Source of the DNA: Armatimonadota bacterium
Lineage (GTDB): Bacteria; Armatimonadota; Abditibacteriia; CG2-30-59-28
DNA length: 39,789 bases
Assembly: GCA_016199605.1 (NCBI GenBank)
Contig: JACQGJ010000414.1
Span: 1-39,789, forward strand
Direction: 5' to 3'
Part shown: piece after piece, positions 16,918 through 24,759 of the stretch
Layout of the letters: the number at the start of each line of letters is the position of its first letter
Position numbering within the stretch: position 1 is the first letter of the stretch
Program-made: the position numbers and the translations under genes
The notes under the pieces: generated by a model
What the model saw: only the letters and a program-made list of their open reading frames with translations
Database searches by the model: none
What the model was told of the DNA's origin: nothing

Positions 16918-16976
16918 GGAGTAAGGAAATGCGGAGGTTTGCCGATGAGTCTGTTTCCCTCTACTCCACTTTTCTA
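16918..16976 (+). terminator. possible intrinsic terminator after the FmdB gene
   Basis: GGAGTAAGGAAA (16918-16929) can pair with TTTCCCTCTACTCC (16954-16967), about 12 bp with two bulges, followed by ACTTTTCT. The 24-nt loop is large, so this is weak. Confidence 0.25.
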
Positions 16977-16993
16977 TCACTCCTCGCGCCGAT

Positions 16994-18448
16994 CTAAACC
17001 TTCTGCAACTGTCGCATGAAGGCAGTTGCCCCCTCGAATTTCGTCTCCACAACAATCCCCGAACTCGTGATCTTGAACTGGCGAACTCCTGTATCGTGGT
17101 TGGACCCACGCAGCTTCAGGACGCAAGCGGTCTTGCGGATATGTTCCTGAATCCGTCGCAACCGCAGCGAGACGATCCCATCGAAAACCATCGATAGCTC
17201 GGATTCCACCAATTCCTGGTCCGGCGAGGCGCCGGCGATCTGGCTTGTGAAGACTGACGTAATCTGTCGCGCACTGAAAAGGTCGATAAGGGCGTAGACG
17301 TAGTCGCGGAATCTCTTCGGGTCGTTGATGGAAGGCTCAAGGTCCGTCAGGCTGTCAATCACCACTCGCTTGGGCTGCAGGTTCTCCAGCAGCTCCTTCA
17401 GTTCCCAGTACAGAGCATCGGCGTTTATCTTCACCGGAGACCGGCTGATGAAAGTCAGGAATCCTTCCTGAATGAGAGCCTCGAGGTCGATTCCAATCGA
17501 GCGCCCGGTCTTCAGCAGTTTCTCATAATCCTCTCGCAATGCAATGTAGAGAGCCTTTTCCCCCTGTTGAATGCCGTTGGCCAGGAACTGAAGGCTGAAG
17601 ATACTCTTGCCGGTCCCCGCGTCACCGGTAATGAGGGTGGCAAACCCATCCACCAGCCCGCCCTCCAACATGCGATCGAGTCCTGCAATCCCCGTTTGTG
17701 CTCGCATGACCTCGGGAACGAACCGAAGCTCCCCCTCGCTGTCGACGGGAGCCTTGGGGGCTGGTTCGGGACGAGGAAAAACCTTGAAGCCGCCCGTCCC
17801 AATCTCAACCGAGTGCTTGCCGGTCAGGAATCCCTGACCACGGGCCTTGAGGACCTCAAGGGTCCGCTGCCGATCCATCGTATTGATCAAGGCATAGGAG
17901 ATCCGGATGACGGTGTCGACGATGTACTGCTCAAAAGCCACCTGCTCGGCGGTTTCGTGACCGACCTCTTGGGTTAAAAGAGTCGTGAACCCCCCCTGTC
18001 GCAAGCTGTTCAGAAGACTGTTGAGCAGGTCGCGCAACTCAACACCCTCAGTCGTGATACGCTGGAAGTGAGTGACACTGTCTATCAGAATCCGCTCCAC
18101 CTTCATATCCGAGACCAGCCGCTGGATTATGCCGGTTCCCTCCTGGATTTGCTTGTAGAAAACGGCGGGAGAGGTCGAGATGACCCGGAGCTTGTTCTGG
18201 TCCTCGAGTTCTTTCAAGTCCCAGCCCAGGTTCAAGGCATCCTGGTACATCTGCTGGGGGAACTCCTCGAAGGTGATCACGAGCCCTGCCTCGTCGTGTC
18301 GCGCCGCTCCTTCGTAAAGGAACTGAAGCCCCAAGGTCGTCTTTCCCGCACCGGGTGTACCTTGAATCAAAATGGCGTGTCCGGCAGTAAAGCCTCCTCT
18401 GAGAATCGTGTCGAGACCAGCGGTACCGGTGCTAATCTGTCTGATCAT
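16994..18448 (-). CDS. KaiC-like double RecA-domain ATPase
   Basis: 484 aa with two Walker A sites (IQGTPGAGKTTLGLQF; ITGDAGTGKSIFSLQF) and the KaiC-family duplicated architecture. GAAGGAG lies 6 nt upstream of the ATG. Confidence 0.88.
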   Translation of the reverse strand: MIRQISTGTAGLDTILRGGFTAGHAILIQGTPGAGKTTLGLQFLYEGAARHDEAGLVITFEEFPQQMYQDALNLGWDLKELEDQNKLRVISTSPAVFYKQIQEGTGIIQRLVSDMKVERILIDSVTHFQRITTEGVELRDLLNSLLNSLRQGGFTTLLTQEVGHETAEQVAFEQYIVDTVIRISYALINTMDRQRTLEVLKARGQGFLTGKHSVEIGTGGFKVFPRPEPAPKAPVDSEGELRFVPEVMRAQTGIAGLDRMLEGGLVDGFATLITGDAGTGKSIFSLQFLANGIQQGEKALYIALREDYEKLLKTGRSIGIDLEALIQEGFLTFISRSPVKINADALYWELKELLENLQPKRVVIDSLTDLEPSINDPKRFRDYVYALIDLFSARQITSVFTSQIAGASPDQELVESELSMVFDGIVSLRLRRIQEHIRKTACVLKLRGSNHDTGVRQFKITSSGIVVETKFEGATAFMRQLQKV

Positions 18449-18480
18449 GGGCGCTCCTTCGGAAAGAAGAAAGGATGGAG

Positions 18481-18852
18481 TTAACAGTTCTCAAGCCTGT
18501 GTGCAACGCAAGCAGGCGAGGTGAGAGCAGCAACGTAGATAGCGTCTTTGCCTTCCCCGATGCGTTCCAGAAGATGGGCCTCCACGAGGGCCTCTGCGGC
18601 CACTACAGTGACCTCCGGTGGAAAGCCAATCCAGAGGGCAAGTCCGTCCGCGGTATCCATGGTGTGACGGTTCTGCTGGAAGAAACGCAGAATGCCCTTC
18701 TTGGCCGGCGAGTCGAGGATATCCTCCAGCGTGAGGAGGTTACCAGCGGGCGCCTCGGAAGAAAAGGCCGACGAGGAACCGCCTTCCGCGTTGTTCTGGC
18801 TCCCAGCCTTGTCAATCGCTCGCCCCATCAACTCACCGTTGGAATAGGCCAT
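18481..18852 (-). CDS. hypothetical protein, C-terminal winged-helix-like segment
   Basis: 123 aa, ending 32 nt before the KaiC-like gene. A disordered N-terminus is followed by ..KKGILRFFQQNRHTMDTADGLALWIGFPPEVTVVAAEALVEAHLLERIGEGKDAIYV.. (wHTH-like pattern). No family recognised. Confidence 0.5.
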   Translation of the reverse strand: MAYSNGELMGRAIDKAGSQNNAEGGSSSAFSSEAPAGNLLTLEDILDSPAKKGILRFFQQNRHTMDTADGLALWIGFPPEVTVVAAEALVEAHLLERIGEGKDAIYVAALTSPACVAHRLENC

Positions 18853-18989
18853 ACGCTCATCCGTTCATCGAGTGCAACGAACCTTGGGTAGTTCTTCGTC
18901 GCAGTGTGAATCTGCGCTTGTCTGTGCGGTGGTGGAGGTTCGTTTTGGCTTTTCATCTTGCGGCAGTGTAAACAAATCCCCAGAGCCTG

Positions 18990-19736
18990 TCAACTAATGA
19001 GCTCGGTCGCTCCGCCGTCTTGCGGCTCGGACGCCTCATCGATGGGTTCCATCGCTCTCCGGGTTTGTTCGGTGCTGAGGGGTCGAACCGAGTAAACGCT
19101 GCCGAGAATGCGGACGATCCTTACAGCCGTGTGTCTGGCGATCTCCTCATCCTCTTCTGAACGGGCCGGCGCTGTGTATCGAAAGCCTTTCACCGTATAC
19201 GCGATTCGCCCCAATCCGCCGGGTGTGACAGCCTCTATCACTTCCCCTTCGGTGCCCACAAGTGAACCGACGACGGCCTCACTCGATCCCTGCTGAGAAT
19301 AGAGCAGTTTGTAGAGCACGCCGAAGAGCGCAGCCGAGGTGCCGACACCGGCGCCAGTGGCCAGGGGAACGCTGATGAAGGGCGAGCTCAACACGGGAAT
19401 CTGCGAGCAAATGTATCCCACTCCCCCGAAGGCAGTCACAAACGTGGAGATCGTGATGGGACTCAGCGGGGAGAAGTGGACTTGGTTTCCTCCGGAGAGG
19501 TCGCTCGCGTCGGCTGCGTGAGCGTCGACGTCCAGATGGGCGTGACCGACGTCGACGTGAAGATCGGTACCGGAGAGGTCATGTCCTCCGCTGATATCCA
19601 TGTCATGCCCGGCGCCGACTCCTCCGTGGATGCCTCCGAGTCCGGCCATGAGACCGGACCCAATCGCAAAAAAAAGACCCAGGAAGAAACAACCGAGGTA
19701 AATCTGGGGGAGACTGATACTGATATGTTCGAACAT
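18990..19736 (-). CDS. NfeD/YqiJ-like membrane protein
   Basis: I start at ATG 19736 (GGGAGGG 5 nt upstream), not at the longest-ORF start, 19892. It has TM helices, a His/Asp-rich loop (GHDMDISGGHDLSGTDLHVDVGHAHLDVDAH) and a C-terminal NfeD-type OB segment (GTEGEVIEAVTPGGLGRIAYTVKGFRYTAPARS..VRIVRILGSVYSVRPL). Confidence 0.68.
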   Translation of the reverse strand: MFEHISISLPQIYLGCFFLGLFFAIGSGLMAGLGGIHGGVGAGHDMDISGGHDLSGTDLHVDVGHAHLDVDAHAADASDLSGGNQVHFSPLSPITISTFVTAFGGVGYICSQIPVLSSPFISVPLATGAGVGTSAALFGVLYKLLYSQQGSSEAVVGSLVGTEGEVIEAVTPGGLGRIAYTVKGFRYTAPARSEEDEEIARHTAVRIVRILGSVYSVRPLSTEQTRRAMEPIDEASEPQDGGATELIS

Positions 19737-19931
19737 CCGCACCCTCCCGACCCGATAAGATTTACTGCAATCTCCGGGGCAAAGTCCATCGGATCCGTTC
19801 AACCAAGCTCCGGTGTTGAGCACTCGTCCATGAACCGAACCGCGCTGTCGCGATTGCGTGCCGGCAAAATCCCCGGCCAATGGAACAGACAACCGCGGCG
19901 TTGTTCCCGGGCGAGGTCTTAATCCGCCGTC

Positions 19932-19960
19932 ATCTTAGCACATGCCGTTTTGCGAAGCAA
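19932..19960 (-). promoter_or_regulatory. sigma70-like promoter candidate for the nfeD-like/kaiC-like operon
   Basis: Minus strand reads TTGCTT (19960-19955), a 17-nt spacer, then TAAGAT (19937-19932). This would give a leader of roughly 190 nt before ATG 19736. Confidence 0.3.
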
Positions 19961-20060
19961 GGCAGAAATGACAGCAGAAAGGACCTCCACAGTGGACCCC
20001 ACGAGCAAAGACCCACCCCGTGACAGTCACCCGATTCAAGGCGCAACGGACCCAAGCCGT

Positions 20061-20846
20061 TCACGACCTGGTCAGGACGACGGCAAAAACGACTGCAGCC
20101 AAGACAATTCTGTAGACCACGAACGGGGTAAAACCGCGGCGTTGGAGGAATTTGAGGAGAAAGCCGATGGCGAGGTAGCCCGTGATCGCCGAGGCGATGA
20201 TGGCGATGCAAAAGTCGCCGGCCTGACCGGCAGGGAAACCGTGCGCCAAATCCTTGCACCCAAACAGGACGGCGCCCGCGATGATAGGGACGGAAAGTAG
20301 AAAGGAAAATCGGGCCGCAGATTCTCGGTCCAGACCGAGGAACAGTCCGGCCGCGATGGTGACGCCGCTGCGAGACACTCCCGGCATGATGGCCAGCGCC
20401 TGGGAGCAACCGATGAGGAGAGAATCGAGCAGGTTGATTCGGGTGATGTCCCGGTTGCGCCGCGAGCAAAGATCGGCTGTCAACAGCACGAGCCCCATGA
20501 CTGCGAGCAGGGCGGCGATGTGGGTCGGCGCGCGAAAGGCGGTTTCAGCCTCGTGCTTGAGCAGTTTGCCTGCAATGGCGCCGGGAATGCTCGCGAGGAG
20601 GATCAACCCCAACATCTTCCGATGCGTCTTTTCTGTAAGAAGCGCGATCCAGTCTTTGCGGAAGTAAATGCAAACCGCCAGGAGGGTGCCGACGTTGGTC
20701 GCGATATCGAAGAGGAAATCGTTTGCGGTTCCCTCGCCCCATCGGAAAAGATAGTGGGCGAGGGCAAGATGCCCGGAGCTACTGACGGGGATGAACTCAG
20801 TAATGCCCTGAATGGAGCCGAGAATAAGTGCTTGCCAGGAGGTCAT
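20061..20846 (-). CDS. uppP: undecaprenyl-diphosphate phosphatase
   Basis: 261 aa. MTSWQALILGSIQGITEFIPVSSSGHLAL.. and ..PGVSRSGVTIAAG.. are the BacA/UppP signature motifs. Confidence 0.9.
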   Translation of the reverse strand: MTSWQALILGSIQGITEFIPVSSSGHLALAHYLFRWGEGTANDFLFDIATNVGTLLAVCIYFRKDWIALLTEKTHRKMLGLILLASIPGAIAGKLLKHEAETAFRAPTHIAALLAVMGLVLLTADLCSRRNRDITRINLLDSLLIGCSQALAIMPGVSRSGVTIAAGLFLGLDRESAARFSFLLSVPIIAGAVLFGCKDLAHGFPAGQAGDFCIAIIASAITGYLAIGFLLKFLQRRGFTPFVVYRIVLAAVVFAVVLTRS

Positions 20847-20922
20847 GCGATTCTTTTGATAGTCAGGAATTCAACGGTAAATGACAAAAGCCATAGAGCA
20901 GGCCGGGACACAGAGAAGTTCA

Positions 20923-22107
20923 TCACGGCTGAAAATCCTGCGGACGTATTGAGGTGATCCCAAAATAATGACGCAGCGCAGCAACGATACGCTCAGAGGA
21001 CCGGCCGTCTCCGTAGGGGTTCACGGCGTGTGCCATCGCGTTGTACGCGGACTCCGAGGAGAGCAACTCTCCCGCCTCGCGAAAGATGTCGCGGGTTCCG
21101 GTGCCGACAAGCTTGGCAGTACCGGCAGCGACACCCTCGGGGCGCTCGGTCGTAGTCCGCATCACCAGCACCGGCTTGCCCAAAGACGGAGCCTCTTCCT
21201 GAACGCCTCCCGAGTCAGTGAGAATCAGATAGGCGTCACGCATGTACCGGACGAAGTCAAAGTAGTCGGGCGGCTCAATGAGGGCAATCCGCTCTTTGCC
21301 TTCCAGCTCGGCCCGGACCACCTCTCTCACGACAGGGCTCTTGTGCATGGCGAAGAGGACCTGCACGTCAGCAAATTCCTCCGCCAATTGGCTGATGGCC
21401 CCGCAGAGGGACCGCATCGGGTCCCCCCAGTTCTCGCGACGATGGGCCGTGACAAGGATCGTGCGAAGGTTGGAGGGCTGATCGGTCTCAGCAGGCGGCA
21501 GTTCCTTCGCGGCATACAACAAGGCGTCGATGACCGTGTTTCCGGTGATGTAGACGCAGCCTTCCTCCACTCCGTCGGCGAGAAGGTTGCGCTTGGCCTG
21601 AGCCGTCGGAGCAAAATGGATGTCTGCGAGGCAAGTCGTCAGGCGTCGGTTCATCTCCTCCGGGTACGGATTCACCTTGTTGTCGGTGCGGAGTCCCGCC
21701 TCGACGTGCCCGACCGCTATCTGCTTCCCTCCCCCGTAAGCGTAAAAGGAGGCGAGGCTCGCGGCGAACACCGTCGTCGTATCCCCCTGGACGAGGACCG
21801 CCTCCGGCGAAAGATCCTCAAGGAGTGGCTTCAGCCCAGTCAGCACGCGGCTCGTGATCTCCGTAAGGGTCTGCCCGGGCTGCATAATGTTCAGATCGTG
21901 GTCAGGAGTGATTCTGAATCCCCGGAGGATCTGGTCGAGCATGGAGCGGTGTTGAGCGGTGACGACGACGACCGGCTCGAATTCGCCGGGGTGCTTCTGC
22001 AACTCCAGGATGACGGGAGCCATCTTTACCGCTTCAGGTCGAGTGCCGAAGATGGTGACGATGCGGAGAGGAAGGTGCGGCACGTCAGGCCATCCTCGAG
22101 AGCGCAT
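20923..22107 (-). CDS. wecB: UDP-N-acetylglucosamine 2-epimerase (non-hydrolysing)
   Basis: 394 aa. IVTIFGTRPEAVKMAPV.., VLVQGDTTTVFAASLASFY.., VGHVEAGLRT.., ILTDSGGVQEEAPSLGKPVLVMR... Overlaps the wecA stop by 23 nt. Confidence 0.9.
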   Translation of the reverse strand: MRSRGWPDVPHLPLRIVTIFGTRPEAVKMAPVILELQKHPGEFEPVVVVTAQHRSMLDQILRGFRITPDHDLNIMQPGQTLTEITSRVLTGLKPLLEDLSPEAVLVQGDTTTVFAASLASFYAYGGGKQIAVGHVEAGLRTDNKVNPYPEEMNRRLTTCLADIHFAPTAQAKRNLLADGVEEGCVYITGNTVIDALLYAAKELPPAETDQPSNLRTILVTAHRRENWGDPMRSLCGAISQLAEEFADVQVLFAMHKSPVVREVVRAELEGKERIALIEPPDYFDFVRYMRDAYLILTDSGGVQEEAPSLGKPVLVMRTTTERPEGVAAGTAKLVGTGTRDIFREAGELLSSESAYNAMAHAVNPYGDGRSSERIVAALRHYFGITSIRPQDFQP

Positions 22108-23035
22108 AGGCTGCCGCGCAGAGGACGAAGGTGATCAGATAAAGGACAACCACCACTTGCTTCTGAGAAAGCCCCCGATCCAGAAGCCGGTGATGCAGAT
22201 GGCCACGATCTGCAGAGAATATGGGCCTGCCTGCAGCAAACCGTCGGAGGATTGCGAAAGTTGTGTCGAACACCGGCACACCCAGGACCAGGACCGGCAC
22301 GACAATGGCAACGGTCGCGGCGCTTTTGAAGGTCCCGGCAACGGAGATGGCGGCCAGAAGGAATCCCAGCAACTGGCTCCCGGTGTCCCCCATGAAAATC
22401 TTCGCGGGGTTGAAGTTATAGCGAAGGAAACCGAGAGTCGAGCCGCATATAGCAGCCGCGATTGGGGCAGCAATCAGCGACTGTTGTCTCTGCATCGCCA
22501 TCAGACAGAGTGTCGCCGCCGAGATGGCAGACACGCCGGCGGCCAAACCATCCAAGCCGTCGATGAGGTTGATCGTGTTGGTGATGCCAACAATCCAGAC
22601 AACGGTGCAGAGAATACTCATGGCTTCGCTGAGACGATGGTAGTCCGTTCCAAAAGGCTCGGCGAAACCGAGAACGCGAATCCCAGCCAACCAAAGCACC
22701 AACGCTGCCAGGATTTGACCGGACAGTTTGACGAGGGGGCGCATGTCTCGTGTGTCATCCACAAAGCCCACAATGACCAGAATGCCACCGACCAGGGCAA
22801 TCTTCAGACCCACGGAATTCTGGAAAAACCAGTAGTCGGCCGCCGCTGCCAGAAGGATACCCACATAGATGGCAAGCCCACCCAGCCGAGGAGTTGGCTC
22901 CTCGTGTACGTTCCGTTCCTTCGGGTGGTCAATGGCGTCGACCTTCTTCGCCATCCATTTGGCCAAGGGCGTGAGTGCATAAGACGCCACAAGCGCGATG
23001 ACGAAAGCCAGCAGATACGAGTGCTTGTGCTGCAT
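22085..23035 (-). CDS. wecA: MraY/WecA-family (GT4) undecaprenyl-phosphate N-acetylhexosamine-1-phosphate transferase
   Basis: I start at ATG 23035 (MQHKHSYLLAFVIALVASYALTPL..), because the longest ORF (to 23152) overlaps the upstream gene. Motifs: ..HEEPTPRLGGLAIY.., ..NLIDGLDGLAAG.., ..IFMGDTGSQLLGF... Confidence 0.85.
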   Translation of the reverse strand: MQHKHSYLLAFVIALVASYALTPLAKWMAKKVDAIDHPKERNVHEEPTPRLGGLAIYVGILLAAAADYWFFQNSVGLKIALVGGILVIVGFVDDTRDMRPLVKLSGQILAALVLWLAGIRVLGFAEPFGTDYHRLSEAMSILCTVVWIVGITNTINLIDGLDGLAAGVSAISAATLCLMAMQRQQSLIAAPIAAAICGSTLGFLRYNFNPAKIFMGDTGSQLLGFLLAAISVAGTFKSAATVAIVVPVLVLGVPVFDTTFAILRRFAAGRPIFSADRGHLHHRLLDRGLSQKQVVVVLYLITFVLCAAAYALSRMA

Positions 23036-23045
23036 GTTATTCCCT

Positions 23046-23600
23046 TCAGGGGGGTGGGTTCTCAGCGATCGTACCCGGACCTCTTCGCTCGGAGAGGTAA
23101 AGTGCGGATTCGGCGGCGTGAATGAAGTCTGTCGCAGATTCGACCTCGACATCCGGGAATTGCGCCATGCCGATGCAAACGTTGATCCGCACAGATTTCC
23201 CGTTGTTCGAGAAATGTTGGTTGTGGACTCGCTTCAGGATCTTCTCTGCGACAATCGGCGCATCTCGTAGATCGGTGTGGGTCAGCAACACGGCGAACGC
23301 GTCGATGGCATACCGGCTGACTAAATCGCTCTCGCGCAGAACCGCCAGGCAAGATTTGCCGACTTCCTCAAGGACCGCCTCGATCCAATCCTCGCTGCTC
23401 TCTGCCAACAGCTTGTCATAGCCGTGTAAGCACACGAGAAGGCACGAGATTCTGAGCTTGAAGCGACGGGAGCGACTCACTTCAGCGTAAAGGCGTTCAC
23501 CAAACTCGTGCAACGTCACAATCCGGCGTGGGTACGGCTGAGCCACCATGTCCGCGAGACTCGCCGTCTGGACAATCGCATCTTCCATGTCGGGTACCAT
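23046..23600 (-). CDS. degenerate GGDEF-domain protein (AIDAF in place of GGDEF; RxxD I-site retained)
   Basis: ..CLLVCLHGYDKL..AVLRESDLVSRYAIDAFAVLLTHTD..RINVCIGMAQFP..AAESALYLSERRG.. follows the GGDEF fold pattern. The start is uncertain: ATG 23600 sits just after GAGGAAGG, ATG 23588 is possible, and the longest ORF reaches 23681. Confidence 0.68.
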   Translation of the reverse strand: MVPDMEDAIVQTASLADMVAQPYPRRIVTLHEFGERLYAEVSRSRRFKLRISCLLVCLHGYDKLLAESSEDWIEAVLEEVGKSCLAVLRESDLVSRYAIDAFAVLLTHTDLRDAPIVAEKILKRVHNQHFSNNGKSVRINVCIGMAQFPDVEVESATDFIHAAESALYLSERRGPGTIAENPPP

Positions 23601-23761
23601 CCTTCCTCTGCTGGGACTCGATTTTAACAAATGTTGAGGGACATTACAACCCGACGGGCTGTATCGCAGCGGTCTCATCATGAGCTCACCGCCCCCGTGC
23701 GTCGGCCTCTCCGTGGCGCAAGAACTGTTTTCCCGGGACGATCAAGGAGCTTCAGAGATGT

Positions 23762-24022
23762 GTGCGAGGGGTTGAGCCAAAGGTTCATCCGGGATTCCGC
23801 CCTGCCTGCATTCTCCTCATCATCGTGGCGGGATTGGTGGTCTGGCTGATCCCAACGCCTCCGAGACGAATCGAGTGGAAACAGACCTGGCAGATTGCCG
23901 TTGCGATTGTCGGAGCCATCGCTGCCGCCTGCATTCTCTGCGCGACCTTCATTGTACCGCGAAGCTGTTATCTTACAGACCACGGTGTTACCATTGGGAG
24001 GTTGCGACAAGCGGACCGTTGA
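23762..24022 (+). CDS. possible small two-TM membrane protein
   Basis: 86-aa GTG-start ORF with two hydrophobic helices (ACILLIIVAGLVVWLI; IAVAIVGAIAAACILCATFIV). It overlaps an antisense ORF of similar size and has only a distant AAGGAG, so support is weak. Confidence 0.3.
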   Translation: MRGVEPKVHPGFRPACILLIIVAGLVVWLIPTPPRRIEWKQTWQIAVAIVGAIAAACILCATFIVPRSCYLTDHGVTIGRLRQADR

Positions 24023-24076
24023 GAACGGCCGCCGTGCCGTGCCGATCTCTCGCTACAGCGTTCCGGAAGAAGTGTG

Positions 24077-24454
24077 CTAAAGCACGCGAAGGATTTCTGT
24101 GACGGTGATGTAAATCTCGATTTGGTCAAAGCGCGTTTCGAGTTTGCGCTTGAACGTGTGCAGCCAGCGGAACAACCGATTGTCATGGGTAGTTTCGATG
24201 ATCACGGTGCGGAGGCGGTCAGAGTAGATCTGCTCGGCGTCTCGCCATAGACCTTCCAAAGGGGCGGGGGCTGAAGCGGACGACCACCGCAAACCGCCGA
24301 ACTTGTCACAGAGCTCATTGACAGTTGCCGCAGATTCCGCGATCTCAATCTCTCTGCCGTCGTTGTAAAACACGGGTAGAAGGATTTCAATCTGATAGCG
24401 CAAGTCAGCGCGAAGCGATGGGCTCTTTTTTGCGGTTGCTCTTCTTCGAGGCAT
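24077..24454 (-). CDS. hypothetical protein (second gene of a small overlapping pair)
   Basis: Conserved-looking core: LRYQIEILLPVFYNDGREIEI..ELCDKFGGLRW..EGLWRD..YSDRLRTVIIET..IEIYITVTEI. The start is unresolved among ATG 24469, ATG 24454 and TTG 24403 (1 nt after the upstream TGA). The longest-ORF start, 24610, is unlikely. Confidence 0.45.
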   Translation of the reverse strand: MPRRRATAKKSPSLRADLRYQIEILLPVFYNDGREIEIAESAATVNELCDKFGGLRWSSASAPAPLEGLWRDAEQIYSDRLRTVIIETTHDNRLFRWLHTFKRKLETRFDQIEIYITVTEILRVL

Positions 24455-24626
24455 TCCTGGTGTCCCCATTGACTCGTTGATAGCGGATGCCGAGCTCATC
24501 CAACATTTCCAGTGCGGAAGGGCGCACCCAGATGATATCACCTGTGACAGCCCCGTATCCTTCGCGAACGAAGACTGTGCCCACACCGCGATCTCTGTCC
24601 TGAGGGTCAAAGCGAATCGGAATCAT
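24405..24626 (-). CDS. hypothetical 73-aa protein (first gene of the pair)
   Basis: MIPIRFDPQDRDRGVGTVFVREGYGAVTGDIIWVRPSALEMLDELGIRYQRVNG.. with a basic tail. It lies just downstream of an AT-rich divergent promoter region. No family recognised. Confidence 0.45.
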   Translation of the reverse strand: MIPIRFDPQDRDRGVGTVFVREGYGAVTGDIIWVRPSALEMLDELGIRYQRVNGDTRNASKKSNRKKEPIASR

Positions 24627-24759
24627 GCGACGGACCTCCTCACGGCGTGAATTATAGCAGGGGCAAGGGTGTGCTGCAATGTCGCACAGGTAATCATATA
24701 GGTTCGTGTAGGATATACTGGCAGTCGGCGCGTCCTCGTGTCCGGCAATCAGGTAAACA

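Noticed and set aside
16994-18448. Reading the KaiC-like gene as a circadian clock locus
   Set aside because: No kaiA or kaiB is in the window. Stand-alone KaiC-like ATPases are widespread outside cyanobacteria, so only 'KaiC-like ATPase' is justified.
20968-23125. Two 388-aa plus-strand ORFs (20968..22134 and 21959..23125), plus similar long antisense ORFs at 1283..2317 and 15617..16549
   Set aside because: Each lies opposite a confidently identified gene (wecB, wecA, tldD, HMGL-like). GC-rich genomes produce long stop-free antisense frames.
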